DNA from: Bdellovibrionales bacterium
GTDB taxonomy: Bacteria > Bdellovibrionota > Bdellovibrionia > Bdellovibrionales > JAUICD01
DNA: 64,000 bases
Assembly: GCA_965262715.1 (NCBI GenBank)
Contig: OZ253553.1
Span: 2,624,001 to 2,688,000 of the forward strand
Direction of reading: 5' to 3'
Shown here: positions 49,701 to 59,981 of the stretch, one piece after another
Layout of the letters: the number at the start of each line of letters is the position of its first letter
How positions within the stretch are numbered: the first letter of the stretch is position 1
Made by a program: the position numbers and the translations under genes
The notes under the pieces: model-generated
Told to the model about the DNA's origin: nothing
Databases searched by the model: none
The model's input: the letters and a program-made list of their open reading frames with translations, nothing else

Positions 49701-49863
49701 AATTAAGATTCCTCTTAAAATTTATATGATGGATTTTTAAAAGAAAGTCTATGAGTTATTTTATTCAGATAATTCTAATTATTGATCGTGTTACCTCATA
49801 GTTTTCAGTTTCTTCTTAAGAATCTGCGGTAAATATGATTATAAACTTTGTTTTTAAATTATT

Positions 49864-50124
49864 TTAAGCAACTTTTTGGCGAATAAGATAAAGGTCCCAT
49901 TTAGCTTGCATTGTTACCCATGTTTCTGCACTAATACCAAACACTTTTTCTAATTGAATAGCAAAACTTGCAGAGATTCCTCTTTTATTATTACAGATCT
50001 CTGAAATCTTTCTTTCAGCACAACCTATCTTTTCTGCTAGCCATTTTTGAGTTAATCCACGCTCTTCAAGCACCATTGTTTTTAAAAATTCACCAGCTGA
50101 GTATCTAACTTTTAATTCAATCAT
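49864..50124 (-). CDS. higA: HigA antitoxin
   Basis: GEFLK..LEERGLTQ..LA, ISEICNNKRGIS, SAETWVTMQ. Confidence 0.9.
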   Translation of the reverse strand: MIELKVRYSAGEFLKTMVLEERGLTQKWLAEKIGCAERKISEICNNKRGISASFAIQLEKVFGISAETWVTMQAKWDLYLIRQKVA

Positions 50125-50410
50125 GATAATCCATTACCTCAACGTTTATAAATTCTTCCTTATTGTATTGAAATATTATACACCATGGCTTTTCTATTGT
50201 TATTGACCAGAACTTTTTTATATTTCCTTTAAGTTTGTGAATCTTTAATGAAGGAGGTTCACAAATATTCTTTAGGTCTTTAAAAGAACTGACATCACTT
50301 AAAGGTTGTAAAAGTAATATAGCTCTTTTATTTAGTCTTTCAGGAAAACGCTTTGAGCCACCCTTCATTATAAGATCTTTAGTTATTTTTCCATTAGTAG
50401 ACCTAATCAC
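50117..50410 (-). CDS. higB: HigB toxin
   Basis: MIRS.., PPSLKIHKLKG....WSITI...W.IIF, VMDYH; lies upstream of higA. Confidence 0.88.
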   Translation of the reverse strand: MIRSTNGKITKDLIMKGGSKRFPERLNKRAILLLQPLSDVSSFKDLKNICEPPSLKIHKLKGNIKKFWSITIEKPWCIIFQYNKEEFINVEVMDYHD

Positions 50411-50481
50411 ATTTACATATTAACACATTATGTAAATATGTCAACTATCTTTAATAGTATTTAACTTTAAATTGAAAGTTC

Positions 50482-52263
50482 TTATTTTAAAGCTTTTCTC
50501 ATTCTTTGAAGGAAAGCTTTAGGCCCTTCAAAGCTTGTGAGAGTTAAGTCTTTTTGAAGGACTCCATCTTTATTATAAAAAAGTAAAGTTGGAAGACCTA
50601 AAACTTCAAACTCAGAAATCCATCTTGCCACATTTTCTGTTTCAGTTGTAGCGTCTATTTGTAAAAGTAAGAAGTTTTTAAATTCTACCTGCACATCAAT
50701 ATTGGCAAATGTATTGGTTTCCAATGCTTTACATACAGCGCACCATTCGGCTGTAAAGTCTATAATGATAGGTTGTTTTTGAGCGACACCTTCTTTAAAT
50801 AACTGATCTGTAAATTCTTCCCAAGGTGTTGAATTCTCATCTTCTACTGCTTGAGTATCTTGTGTTAAGAAAGCTTTTTGGAAAGCTGTATTTATTTGGT
50901 GATCAAAAAAGGCAATAGATAAAAATAAAATACCTATTATATAACAAGTAAAAGAGATACTTTTTCTTTTATTAAGTATTTTCATTAAGATATTTTCAAT
51001 CTTTGAGTTAGGATGAAAAGAAGTAAGCACTTTAAACTTCCCGTAAAAATAAATGCCTGTGAGAATAAATAGGATACCTAAGAGAGCACTTAAATAATGA
51101 AAATTTACAACAAAATTGAGATAATAGAGTGCCATGGCAATCATGCTTGTGCCAAAGAGGAACTTTACACCATCCATCCACGGGCCAGATTTTGGAAGTC
51201 GATTGATGAGTTGACTAAATGTTCCTAATAATACAAATAAAACACCAAGTCCCATAGCAAATGTAAAAAGTAATAAAAAGCCCAAGACAGTGTCTTGGGT
51301 CTGACTCACATAGGTGAGTATTCCTATGAGGACAGGCCCCACACAAGGACTTGCAACAATTCCTGATATCAGTCCTGCAAGAAAGACTCCTTTAAATCCT
51401 TTTTTGATTTTTCCCTCACTTAATTGCTTTTGTATCCATAAAGGAGTTTGTAGTTCAAAAACTCCATACATACTCAATCCCATCAATACAAATACAATGG
51501 CAATGACAGAAATAACTATAGGATTTGCTAACATGGCTCCAAAAAAAGAACCTGTTTTAGCTGCCATCACACCTAGAAAAGCGTAAGTAATGCCTATTCC
51601 AAAGACATAGCAAAGACTAAGGGCGAGGCTTTTTGACCTGGATTGTCCAATGACTTGTGTACCTAAAATAGAAAGGGTAATAGGGATCATTGGAAAAATG
51701 CAAGGAGTTAAGCTTGTTAAAAAACCTGCTATAAAAACGAAGAAAAGTGCCCAAAAAATACCTTTATTAAGAGCTTGATGGAAACGAGAGATAGCATCTG
51801 GTTTTTGAATGTGATTGCTCATATCTAGAGAAAATGGAATTTTTTTAGGAAGTAGACAAAACTCATCTGTACAAGCTTGATAAACCATCCATCCATCTAA
51901 TGTATGAATATCTGTGTTTTGTGCAATCTGCATTTGAGCAGATAACTGACCTTGGCCAACAAAGCCTTCTTGTGTCTTATCAAAGAATTTATCATAAAAA
52001 ACAATAGTAGGTTCAACCTTCAGAGATGAAAAAGTCACTTGTTGAGGGTTTTTTGGTTTCAGTTGGAACTTATCAAGATAAGCCTTATAGCCTTCCATTA
52101 ACTCGAGTTGAAATATAATTTGGTTCTTTTGATCATCTGTATTGTCAATTTGTTCAGCAGAAATAGATAAAGGATTTGGATGAGGAGTTGGCAATTGTGC
52201 TTGAGATGAGGTGCTTAAAACAAAATAAGTAAGACAGCAAATAAGGTATGGTAGTAACTTCAT
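50482..52263 (-). CDS. dsbD: Thiol:disulfide interchange protein DsbD
   Basis: YQACTDEFCLLP, SLTPCIFPMIP, ASPCVGP, DFTAEWCAVCK. Confidence 0.95.
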   Translation of the reverse strand: MKLLPYLICCLTYFVLSTSSQAQLPTPHPNPLSISAEQIDNTDDQKNQIIFQLELMEGYKAYLDKFQLKPKNPQQVTFSSLKVEPTIVFYDKFFDKTQEGFVGQGQLSAQMQIAQNTDIHTLDGWMVYQACTDEFCLLPKKIPFSLDMSNHIQKPDAISRFHQALNKGIFWALFFVFIAGFLTSLTPCIFPMIPITLSILGTQVIGQSRSKSLALSLCYVFGIGITYAFLGVMAAKTGSFFGAMLANPIVISVIAIVFVLMGLSMYGVFELQTPLWIQKQLSEGKIKKGFKGVFLAGLISGIVASPCVGPVLIGILTYVSQTQDTVLGFLLLFTFAMGLGVLFVLLGTFSQLINRLPKSGPWMDGVKFLFGTSMIAMALYYLNFVVNFHYLSALLGILFILTGIYFYGKFKVLTSFHPNSKIENILMKILNKRKSISFTCYIIGILFLSIAFFDHQINTAFQKAFLTQDTQAVEDENSTPWEEFTDQLFKEGVAQKQPIIIDFTAEWCAVCKALETNTFANIDVQVEFKNFLLLQIDATTETENVARWISEFEVLGLPTLLFYNKDGVLQKDLTLTSFEGPKAFLQRMRKALK

Positions 52264-52437
52264 AATTAGAGATTAACAGAATAAAGGAGAATATGCAGGA
52301 TATAATTAAAAATATTTTCAACAAATTTTGTATGTTTGTTAGCTCTAACTTTTTGGCCACATTCTTGCATTATTTTGAAAGTGAGATAGAAAAAAGTTTT
52401 GATTTTAATGAATATGATAAAGACAGATAGGTATGTG

Positions 52438-54054
52438 ATGAAGAAAAAGATATGTTTTAAAATTTTAATTATTGTCTCTTCGGGGTTATTTTTAACATAG
52501 CAAATGGTAGCTTGTGCACCAGCAAAAAATAGTCTTCCAGAAGATTCTAGAAGTCATGGTCGTTTAGATCCTGAAGCTCAAAAAAGACTTGCTAGTCCTG
52601 AAGAAACAGCTAAAGAACATAAAGATGAAATAAAAAAGTTACAAAATCAAATTAACAATCTTGAAGGTCAAACTGACGGAGAAAAATTAGGGAACGAATC
52701 TAATTAGTTTAAGGTGAAGCCTCCATTGTAAGGTTGTTTGCTAGAGAGTTTTGATATCTTGGAAAATCTAGTTTATGCGTTATAGCTTATAAGATATAAG
52801 ACGAAACTTTAAGAGCTTTATGGTTGCTTATTGAAGCCAGAGACATGTTGAGTAAGCCTCAAAGAAGCTTAAAATATCAACAGACTGTGGAAGGGGAATA
52901 TCAAATATGGCTTGAAGCACAGGAAGATGAAAGATTAGAAGCAGAGAGATTAGAGGCAGAAGCGCGAAGAGAGGAAAATGGAGAAAAAATCACTCATTGG
53001 AAAGGTTTATCTTTTGAACAAAGAGAAAATCGAAGAAGGTCAGACCAAAATATTACAGATCAAATTGCTTTACAAGAGTTACCCGACAACTTAAGAGAGC
53101 AGCTAGAAGATATTGAAAATAATGATTCCCTGGTTCGAAATCGGTTAGCCAGAACAGAGCTTAATAGGCGGATGAATATGAGTTATGAGGAAAGATCAAG
53201 GTTATAGAGATTTGGAAGATTGTTTGATACTTGGCGTTTATCAGAAGAATTGCAACGTGAGGTTAAGCAATTACTTGAAAGTGACAAAGAAACTAGAGAT
53301 ACGAGAAGAAAAGCCGGTCAATGGGCAGCGGCAAAAGCCAGGGAAAAACGCCTACAATCTGCTGAACAGAATATTCAAGACCAAAGCATAGTTAATTATC
53401 ACAGAGCGAAGAAGCAGTGATCGTCGTAGTGAATGGAGTTTGATCAATGAAGTTCCTGTAGAGTGGTACATGCGCTCAGTGGTAGGCAGTGAAGTACCAC
53501 GTAGTTATACGATCAATGCCCATTTGGCTCAGACAGTGGCAGCAAGATCCTATTTTTTTAACAAAGCTTTAGAAGATCGAGGTGTACAGGCAAGAGGTTG
53601 GGATATTGACCCTACCCAATGCAATCAGGTTTACAGAGGTGTTGAGCAAGAACGCCAAAAGGGTGATTTAGCGGTTTCAGAGACAGCAGGCTTGGTTTTA
53701 ACTTATAATAACCGTTTAGCTCAAGCACAATACTATGCGTGCGGCCGTATGACTACTAAGGATGGAACTACAAGAAATAAAAATCCTCTTGAGAAGCCTA
53801 GGAATATTCCAAGTAATATTACTTGTTCAATTTTTCCTGAGAGAATTATAGATAAGCATGGATATGGAATGCCTCAATACGTTGCCAATGAGTTAACGAA
53901 AAAAGGATGGGAAAATACCAACGATAATGCTCCAACAGAAGGCGCTAGAGTGCCTGAAGATATTCATAAGCCGTGGGAATGGAGAGATGTTCTTTATTAC
54001 TTTTATAGAGGAGAGCATCCAAATGTGGAAATACAAGATTTTCGTAATATTTAG
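52438..54054 (+). pseudogene. Fragmented lipoprotein with a C-terminal SpoIID/LytB domain
   Basis: MKKKICFKILIIVSSGLFLT*QMVAC (TAG in the signal peptide), several later stops and frameshifts; INEVPVEWY..VV.SE.P, AQTVAARSY, QVYRG, HGYGMPQ, VLYYFY. Confidence 0.75.
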
Positions 54055-54185
54055 ATTAGAATGTTTATTTTAAACTTGTTGTAAATATAAATAATTCATG
54101 TACTTGCATAAATATTAATTTTCCAATATAATAAACCTCACCTAAAAATCATATAACTGTATTTCAGCCAAAAAGGTCGTTAAAC

Positions 54186-55037
54186 ATGCAAGGACCAACA
54201 GGTCAATCAAAAAATTCTCCTTTGCCTGAGTCTTTTTTTGTAGCACTTGATATAGAAACAACTGGTTCATATCCTGTAAAATGGGAAACTTGTGAAATTG
54301 CAGGGGTGAAATGGAAAGATGGTCAAATTGTAGATGAGTTTTCTCAATTAGTGCGTCCGAGAGGGCCCATGCACCCTATTGCATATCAAATTCATGGTAT
54401 TTCTGCATCTGCATTAGATCATCAACCTTATATTGAGGAAGTTTTACCTGAGTTTTTAAACTTTATTGAAGATGCAGCTCTCATTGCGCATCATGCCCCT
54501 TTTGATATAGGTTTTTTATCTTATGATATTGAAGAGAGATGTGGATTGCCGCTTCCTACAAACAAAATTATATGCACCTCTCTTTTATCTCAAAAACTTT
54601 TCCCCCAAAGTTCTAATTATAAATTAAAAACACTCATGGAATATTTAAAACTAGAACAGCCAAAACCTTATCATAGGTCTTTGAACGACGCAAAAGCTTG
54701 TTTATTATTAGCTTTAGAATGTTTTAAAAAAGTTCAGCCTTTAACAATGGATTTGATGGAATCTCTGATGGGAGTTTCATTAAAATGGCCGTATTTTTCT
54801 TTAAAGCAGCTTGAAGCAAAATCAGATATGAAAGTTTTAATCGAAGCTATTTTAGATAAAAAGCAAATAAGCATTATATACCATAGAGGCTCGAGACCAG
54901 GAGCTTCTCGCACAATCCTTCCTATAGGGCTTGTCAGAAATCCTACAGGGGATTTTTTGGTAGCTGAAGATCAATCGTATAATAAATCTAAAAGGTTTTA
55001 CCTGAATTTTGTGACAGATATACGCTTAATTCATTAA
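54186..55037 (+). CDS. DEDDh 3'-5' exonuclease (DnaQ-like) with a C-terminal WYL-like domain
   Basis: VALDIETTG, AHHAPFDIGFL, HRSLNDA; ISIIY......R.I.P...........FL.A........RFYL..V. Confidence 0.85.
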   Translation: MQGPTGQSKNSPLPESFFVALDIETTGSYPVKWETCEIAGVKWKDGQIVDEFSQLVRPRGPMHPIAYQIHGISASALDHQPYIEEVLPEFLNFIEDAALIAHHAPFDIGFLSYDIEERCGLPLPTNKIICTSLLSQKLFPQSSNYKLKTLMEYLKLEQPKPYHRSLNDAKACLLLALECFKKVQPLTMDLMESLMGVSLKWPYFSLKQLEAKSDMKVLIEAILDKKQISIIYHRGSRPGASRTILPIGLVRNPTGDFLVAEDQSYNKSKRFYLNFVTDIRLIH

Positions 55038-55085
55038 AAAGACAAATATTAACTGCCTTTCCAATCAGAGTTACGAAATAATTAC

Positions 55086-56519
55086 TTGTTTATAAAAAAC
55101 AATAGAGATTATGATAAGATAATGAAAAACACTCCAAGTGAAAGAATACATCTCAAACTAGATCCTTTCTCTAACTTTGGCTTAAGTCATACTCAAAGAC
55201 ATTCTTTATTAGTCTTTTTAAAAAATATTGTAGGTAGTGGTATTCCTTTTCTGCTTGTGCTTTATTTGGCCTCTTCCACAGTAAATGTGACTGCGGCAAT
55301 GGTTCTGGGTTACTTAATAGCTTCTCTTACATTTATTTATATTCTTTTAGACCGCTTTGAAAAAACACAAGAGGTACCATTATTCTATATAGGAGGAGAT
55401 ATTTGGCTTTTTATATTGCTGATTGTTGCAGCCTTAGGATTGCTTATTAATGCTTCAGAGGTTAGTTTTGGAAAGCACTTTTTGGAATTACATTGGATAC
55501 TATTACTTTACACTTTTACTTATGCTTTTTACTTGTTTCCAGGAATTAAACGGTTTTTTCATATTATTACCATTTTTGGCATAGTTATCTCTACCTATGG
55601 TATCATACAACATTTTTTTGGAATTGATATTTTATATCAGATAGGGCTAACATCTCAGTCAGCTACTTACTTAGGACCTCCATTGAGAATTAATAATTAT
55701 TTAAACTTTCCTACTGAAGGTTATTATCAGGTTAGAGGTTTCTTTCAGAGTCATGTTGATTATGGGATATTTTTTAATATGGTCCTCTGTTTTCCTATTG
55801 CTGGGCTTTTCTTACTCAAAAATATAAGCTTAGGTTATCGAATTTTTTTAATGCTTACATCTGCTTTAATACTCTTAAGTGTATTATGGACTTATGACAA
55901 AGGTGTGTGGACTTCTACTATTGTAAGCTTGCTGGTTATGTCAGGATTTGTTAGCCGCAAAGTTTTTATAAAAACACTTTTAATCATTTCATTTGTATTT
56001 GGGATGTTTTATTATTTTGATAGCACCTTTCAAAAACAGAATATTGTTCTTGATAAACACTATCATAATGAAGAGACTAGGATGGACATTTGGAAAGCCA
56101 ACTTAGCAATGTTTCTTGATCATCCATGGATAGGCTTAGGACTTAAACAAGATGAAGTGTATATCAGACAATATTATCAAAAACTAAATATTGATAACTG
56201 GGAAGTCGATCATGCTAATAATACCTATATTTATTGGTTATCAACAACAGGCTCTTTAGGATTTATATCTTATATGCTATTTATATTGACTTTTTTATTA
56301 ATGACAGGACGTATTTGGATTGAAGTTCCTGCGTCTAATACATGGCATAAGGTTTTTATACTTGCTTTATTAGGTGTTCAGATCGTTATGCATGTGGGAG
56401 GATTAGCATATTGGAATATAAGATCAGCACAGTACTTCTTTGTTTTTTCTTTAGCAATGATAGCTTATATTTATAAGAAATACAATGAAGCTACTGTTTT
56501 TGATGATTATTGTCTTTAA
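55086..56519 (+). CDS. O-antigen ligase family membrane protein
   Basis: Multiple TM segments; RMDIW......F.DHPW.G.G, HANNTY..WL...G..G. Confidence 0.85.
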   Translation: MFIKNNRDYDKIMKNTPSERIHLKLDPFSNFGLSHTQRHSLLVFLKNIVGSGIPFLLVLYLASSTVNVTAAMVLGYLIASLTFIYILLDRFEKTQEVPLFYIGGDIWLFILLIVAALGLLINASEVSFGKHFLELHWILLLYTFTYAFYLFPGIKRFFHIITIFGIVISTYGIIQHFFGIDILYQIGLTSQSATYLGPPLRINNYLNFPTEGYYQVRGFFQSHVDYGIFFNMVLCFPIAGLFLLKNISLGYRIFLMLTSALILLSVLWTYDKGVWTSTIVSLLVMSGFVSRKVFIKTLLIISFVFGMFYYFDSTFQKQNIVLDKHYHNEETRMDIWKANLAMFLDHPWIGLGLKQDEVYIRQYYQKLNIDNWEVDHANNTYIYWLSTTGSLGFISYMLFILTFLLMTGRIWIEVPASNTWHKVFILALLGVQIVMHVGGLAYWNIRSAQYFFVFSLAMIAYIYKKYNEATVFDDYCL

Positions 56520-56551
56520 AAGCTTGGGTCTTTGTCTGCTCAACTAGCAGA

Positions 56552-57316
56552 TCAAATTTTGAAAAATAAATCTAGTGATAGTGAAATGTCAAAACTTCTA
56601 TGAATTTGACGATTGTTGAAAGATGTAAGGTTGCTACCAAAACCACCACCACCAAGACTTTGGCAATCAACTTGTGCTCCCTGTGTACATATGATCTCAC
56701 TAAATAAAAAAGTTCTTGCTTGCACACTTGGTCCTATACCGATCATATCACTAAAGAAATATACATATCCAAGTTGAATAATAGCCCCCATACCTTTATT
56801 TAAGCTAAGATCTAAAACCTCGCTCCGATTTATACCACTATTTATTGGGTTATAATTAATTCTATTAGATTCGAAATCTTGTCTTAGGCTGTGTTGGCCA
56901 GTTACAAAGAATAGATAAGTTGCATTAACATACCAACCTGAATGCATATATCCAAAGGTAACGCCTAGTCCAGATGTGTTTATATGTATGTAGTTATTAA
57001 TTTTTATAAAGTTCATGTCGTAAGTAACTCCAGCAAAAAAGCCAGCATCAAATTTAAAATAAATACCTAGATTACCAATTATACTAAGTGAACGAGCTGT
57101 AGGGTTTTGTAAGTCATTACCAGAAAAGTTACCATCTTGATAGCTTCTATATTCTAAAAAGTCGTTTTTATGGCTAATATGGGAAATTCCAAATGAAGGT
57201 TTAATAAGGATAGCACTATGTGCTAAATGTCCTAGATTTAAAATACAAAATATGAGTATTATAAATAATGACTTTTTTTCTATGAGGGCTTTGAACTTTA
57301 TAGACTGATATTTCAT
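56552..57316 (-). CDS. Outer-membrane beta-barrel-like protein
   Basis: Signal peptide; alternating aromatic/Gly beta-strand pattern. Confidence 0.55.
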   Translation of the reverse strand: MKYQSIKFKALIEKKSLFIILIFCILNLGHLAHSAILIKPSFGISHISHKNDFLEYRSYQDGNFSGNDLQNPTARSLSIIGNLGIYFKFDAGFFAGVTYDMNFIKINNYIHINTSGLGVTFGYMHSGWYVNATYLFFVTGQHSLRQDFESNRINYNPINSGINRSEVLDLSLNKGMGAIIQLGYVYFFSDMIGIGPSVQARTFLFSEIICTQGAQVDCQSLGGGGFGSNLTSFNNRQIHRSFDISLSLDLFFKI

Positions 57317-57580
57317 AGAGAACTCTCTTTTCTTGTTGTTATTTATAGGTTTTCAATAAACAAAAAAACTGTCAAGTCTATATTATGTCATCCTTAAGTG
57401 CAGTACACAATGTTTCTAATTTATCTAGAAGTTGTCTTATGACTTAAGTTTCTCGGCAAATGGACAGTTAGAGTCATTGGTTCGTATATCATTATTCAAA
57501 GTAATTTAAGAAGACATATACTAAAGAATTGAAGTTTGTTTTAGAAATACAATGAATTACCACTAATGACCTTTGGCAAG

Positions 57581-57860
57581 CTTCTTTTTCACTAAAATGC
57601 ATCTGACCTCTTGAGGCGAGCCTCTCGAGGCGAGCCTCTGGTCACTTTCTGGCAGTAAACCCGACGGCTCTTACGGTCGTCGGCAAACAGCTTACTGCCT
57701 AGAAAGTCTAATGCATTTTAGTAGGGAGGATCTCCTTATTTCTTAACACAATGTTAGGGAAATTTTATCCTTGCCATCAGGTCATTGTCTAGAAAACCTG
57801 TTCATTTTTAGGAAGGAGATATCTTTCGTCTTTTTACACCATGTTAAGGGAAATTTTTTA
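57581..57860. repeat. Dispersed hairpin repeat family, copy C, with tandem 14-bp units
   Basis: CTAAAATGCAT/ATGCATTTTAG, ACTTTCT.GGCAGTAA/TTACTGCCTAGAAAGT; the reverse complement of 57585-57650 matches 4985-5063. Confidence 0.85.
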
Positions 57861-58503
57861 TTTCTTTATTATCCACTACTTGACCTTCTGAGAGTGTAAT
57901 AATTTGATTGGCAACTTGATCAATGTCCTTTTTATTATGTGTTACCATAATGACAGGAATATCAAAATCCATTGCTACTTTTTTGATCAAAGATCTAGCT
58001 GCATCATGCCTTTTCTCATCTAAAGAACTAAATGGCTCATCTAATAATAGGACTTTGGGCTGGCTCATGAGGGCATTTGCTATAGCTAACCTTTGCCTCT
58101 CTCCACCAGATAAATGTAAGGCTCTTTGCTTTAATAAATGAGTCATATCTAAGGTATTTTCTAGATGATTAAAAATATTTTTTAGCTGTTCTTTTGACTT
58201 ATGGCGAGGTTTTCCTGCAAATCTCATGTTCTCCTCTACAGTCATGTGAGGAAATATGTCGCTATCTTGAAAAACAAAACCCAATTGCCTCTTCTCAGAA
58301 GGTAGTATCGCTAAATCCTCTCCTCTAAAATTCCAAAAAAAAGAAGGACACTTTTGAAGACCTAGCAAAACTCTTAGAAAAGTGGTCTTACCACTACCAC
58401 TTGGGCCTACAATGGCGGTAATACCTTTGTCAGATAAGGATAGCTTAGATATATCTAATTTAAAATGACCAAAGTCTACGAAAATATTTTTAATTAACGA
58501 CAT
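57844..58503 (-). CDS. thiQ: ABC transporter ATP-binding subunit (thiamine type)
   Basis: GPSGSGKT, LSGGERQR, LLLDEPF. Confidence 0.75.
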   Translation of the reverse strand: MSLIKNIFVDFGHFKLDISKLSLSDKGITAIVGPSGSGKTTFLRVLLGLQKCPSFFWNFRGEDLAILPSEKRQLGFVFQDSDIFPHMTVEENMRFAGKPRHKSKEQLKNIFNHLENTLDMTHLLKQRALHLSGGERQRLAIANALMSQPKVLLLDEPFSSLDEKRHDAARSLIKKVAMDFDIPVIMVTHNKKDIDQVANQIITLSEGQVVDNKEIKNFP

Positions 58504-59965
58504 AAGAACTTCTTTTTACTTTATTTACAATAAAAAAACAAAACCACATCAAAAATCCAGATAATAACATAAATAAAAGAACCCAAGCAGCTCCTGTAAA
58601 CCTATAACTGGATATCATACTATTAAGTAATAATCCCAATGTTGAACTACTATCTTTAAAAATCATTAAGGATAATGCAAAGTCGCCAGCAGCCCAAAAG
58701 GCAGCAAGCCCAGCTAAATGAAAGGCTAAAGATTTTGATTGAGGCCAGGTGACATGTAAAAAAATAGACCAAGATCCATGCCCCATTAATCTTGCAAGTT
58801 GTCTTTGCGAAGCTAATCTAAAAATTTCTCCTGACCATTTCCAACGATATAGTCCTCCTAAGAACAAAAGCGATAACCCTAATGAAGTCAAAAAAGAGGC
58901 TTGTACTAATGATCTTAGTTCCCATTGCCAGTAATAAGATAAGAACAAAAGTGAGAACCCCATTACAGCTGTACTTGGCATCATAAAAAGCAAATAAAAT
59001 TTATCTAAAAATGCACTAGGGCCTACAAAAGCGATAAGGCTTAGAAAAAATAAAATCACACACCCAGTTAAAAAGCTGATAAAAAGAGTTCCTCCAAATG
59101 ATTTTAATAACAATAAAGGGTTAGATAAAATGACAATAAAAGAAGACCATCCAGCAATAAGATCTACAAAACATGAAGAAAGTAATACGAACGTGATGAT
59201 AACAGGTAAACAGATAAGCCATTTAGAGCCTATATTTTGGTAATCCCATGTTGGTTTTTTCTCTTTGATACAAGGAATAAAATAAATAAAGAAAAGAAGA
59301 ATAAATATTTGATAAAAAGAAAGAAGCGCTGCTGAAGTTAGATTACCTTCAAAGCGAATCAATTCATAAATAGCCATCTCTGTTGTTACCCATTTGCCCC
59401 CACCTAAAAGTAAAGGAATAGAAAAAGAACCCAGACAAAAACAAAATAGAGTTAAAAAAATTGTAAATAGATCTCTTTTAATATTTGGGAGTAACACATG
59501 AAAAATAATATCTTTTTGAGAATGTCCAAAAATTCTTGCAAGAATTATTTGGGATCCACAGCTTTCTTTAAAGGTACGAGCAAGCATGATGGATACAAGG
59601 CCTGAATATATCACTACATGAGCTATTACAATACCAGATAGTCCATAAGGAAAATCAAAAGGGAGTAAAGAAAAAACTGTTAAAATAGAAAAAATCACAA
59701 ATAAAGATGGAAAAAAGCTTGGAAGTAAAATAAATATTTCTAAAAAGGGTTTATTCTTATACTTTATTAACCCTAAAGCTCCAAAAATACCAATAAAAAG
59801 ACAAGTCAAAGCACTCCAAAATGCTTGAACAAAGTTCCTATAAAAAACTATTAACGGAAAATGAGGTAGAGTTAAACTTTCAAAGTGATTGATGCTACCA
59901 AAAAACACAATGAGATATGGTAATAATAAAATCAATACTAAGAATATTTTAATCAATACTTTCAT
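58490..59965 (-). CDS. thiP: ABC transporter permease with two TM domains (thiamine type)
   Basis: Two degenerate EAA loops; SFSIPLLLGG...TTE.AIY, GDF. Confidence 0.75.
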   Translation of the reverse strand: MKVLIKIFLVLILLLPYLIVFFGSINHFESLTLPHFPLIVFYRNFVQAFWSALTCLFIGIFGALGLIKYKNKPFLEIFILLPSFFPSLFVIFSILTVFSLLPFDFPYGLSGIVIAHVVIYSGLVSIMLARTFKESCGSQIILARIFGHSQKDIIFHVLLPNIKRDLFTIFLTLFCFCLGSFSIPLLLGGGKWVTTEMAIYELIRFEGNLTSAALLSFYQIFILLFFIYFIPCIKEKKPTWDYQNIGSKWLICLPVIITFVLLSSCFVDLIAGWSSFIVILSNPLLLLKSFGGTLFISFLTGCVILFFLSLIAFVGPSAFLDKFYLLFMMPSTAVMGFSLLFLSYYWQWELRSLVQASFLTSLGLSLLFLGGLYRWKWSGEIFRLASQRQLARLMGHGSWSIFLHVTWPQSKSLAFHLAGLAAFWAAGDFALSLMIFKDSSSTLGLLLNSMISSYRFTGAAWVLLFMLLSGFLMWFCFFIVNKVKRSSYVVN

Positions 59966-59981
59966 TATGATAGAAAATTCC

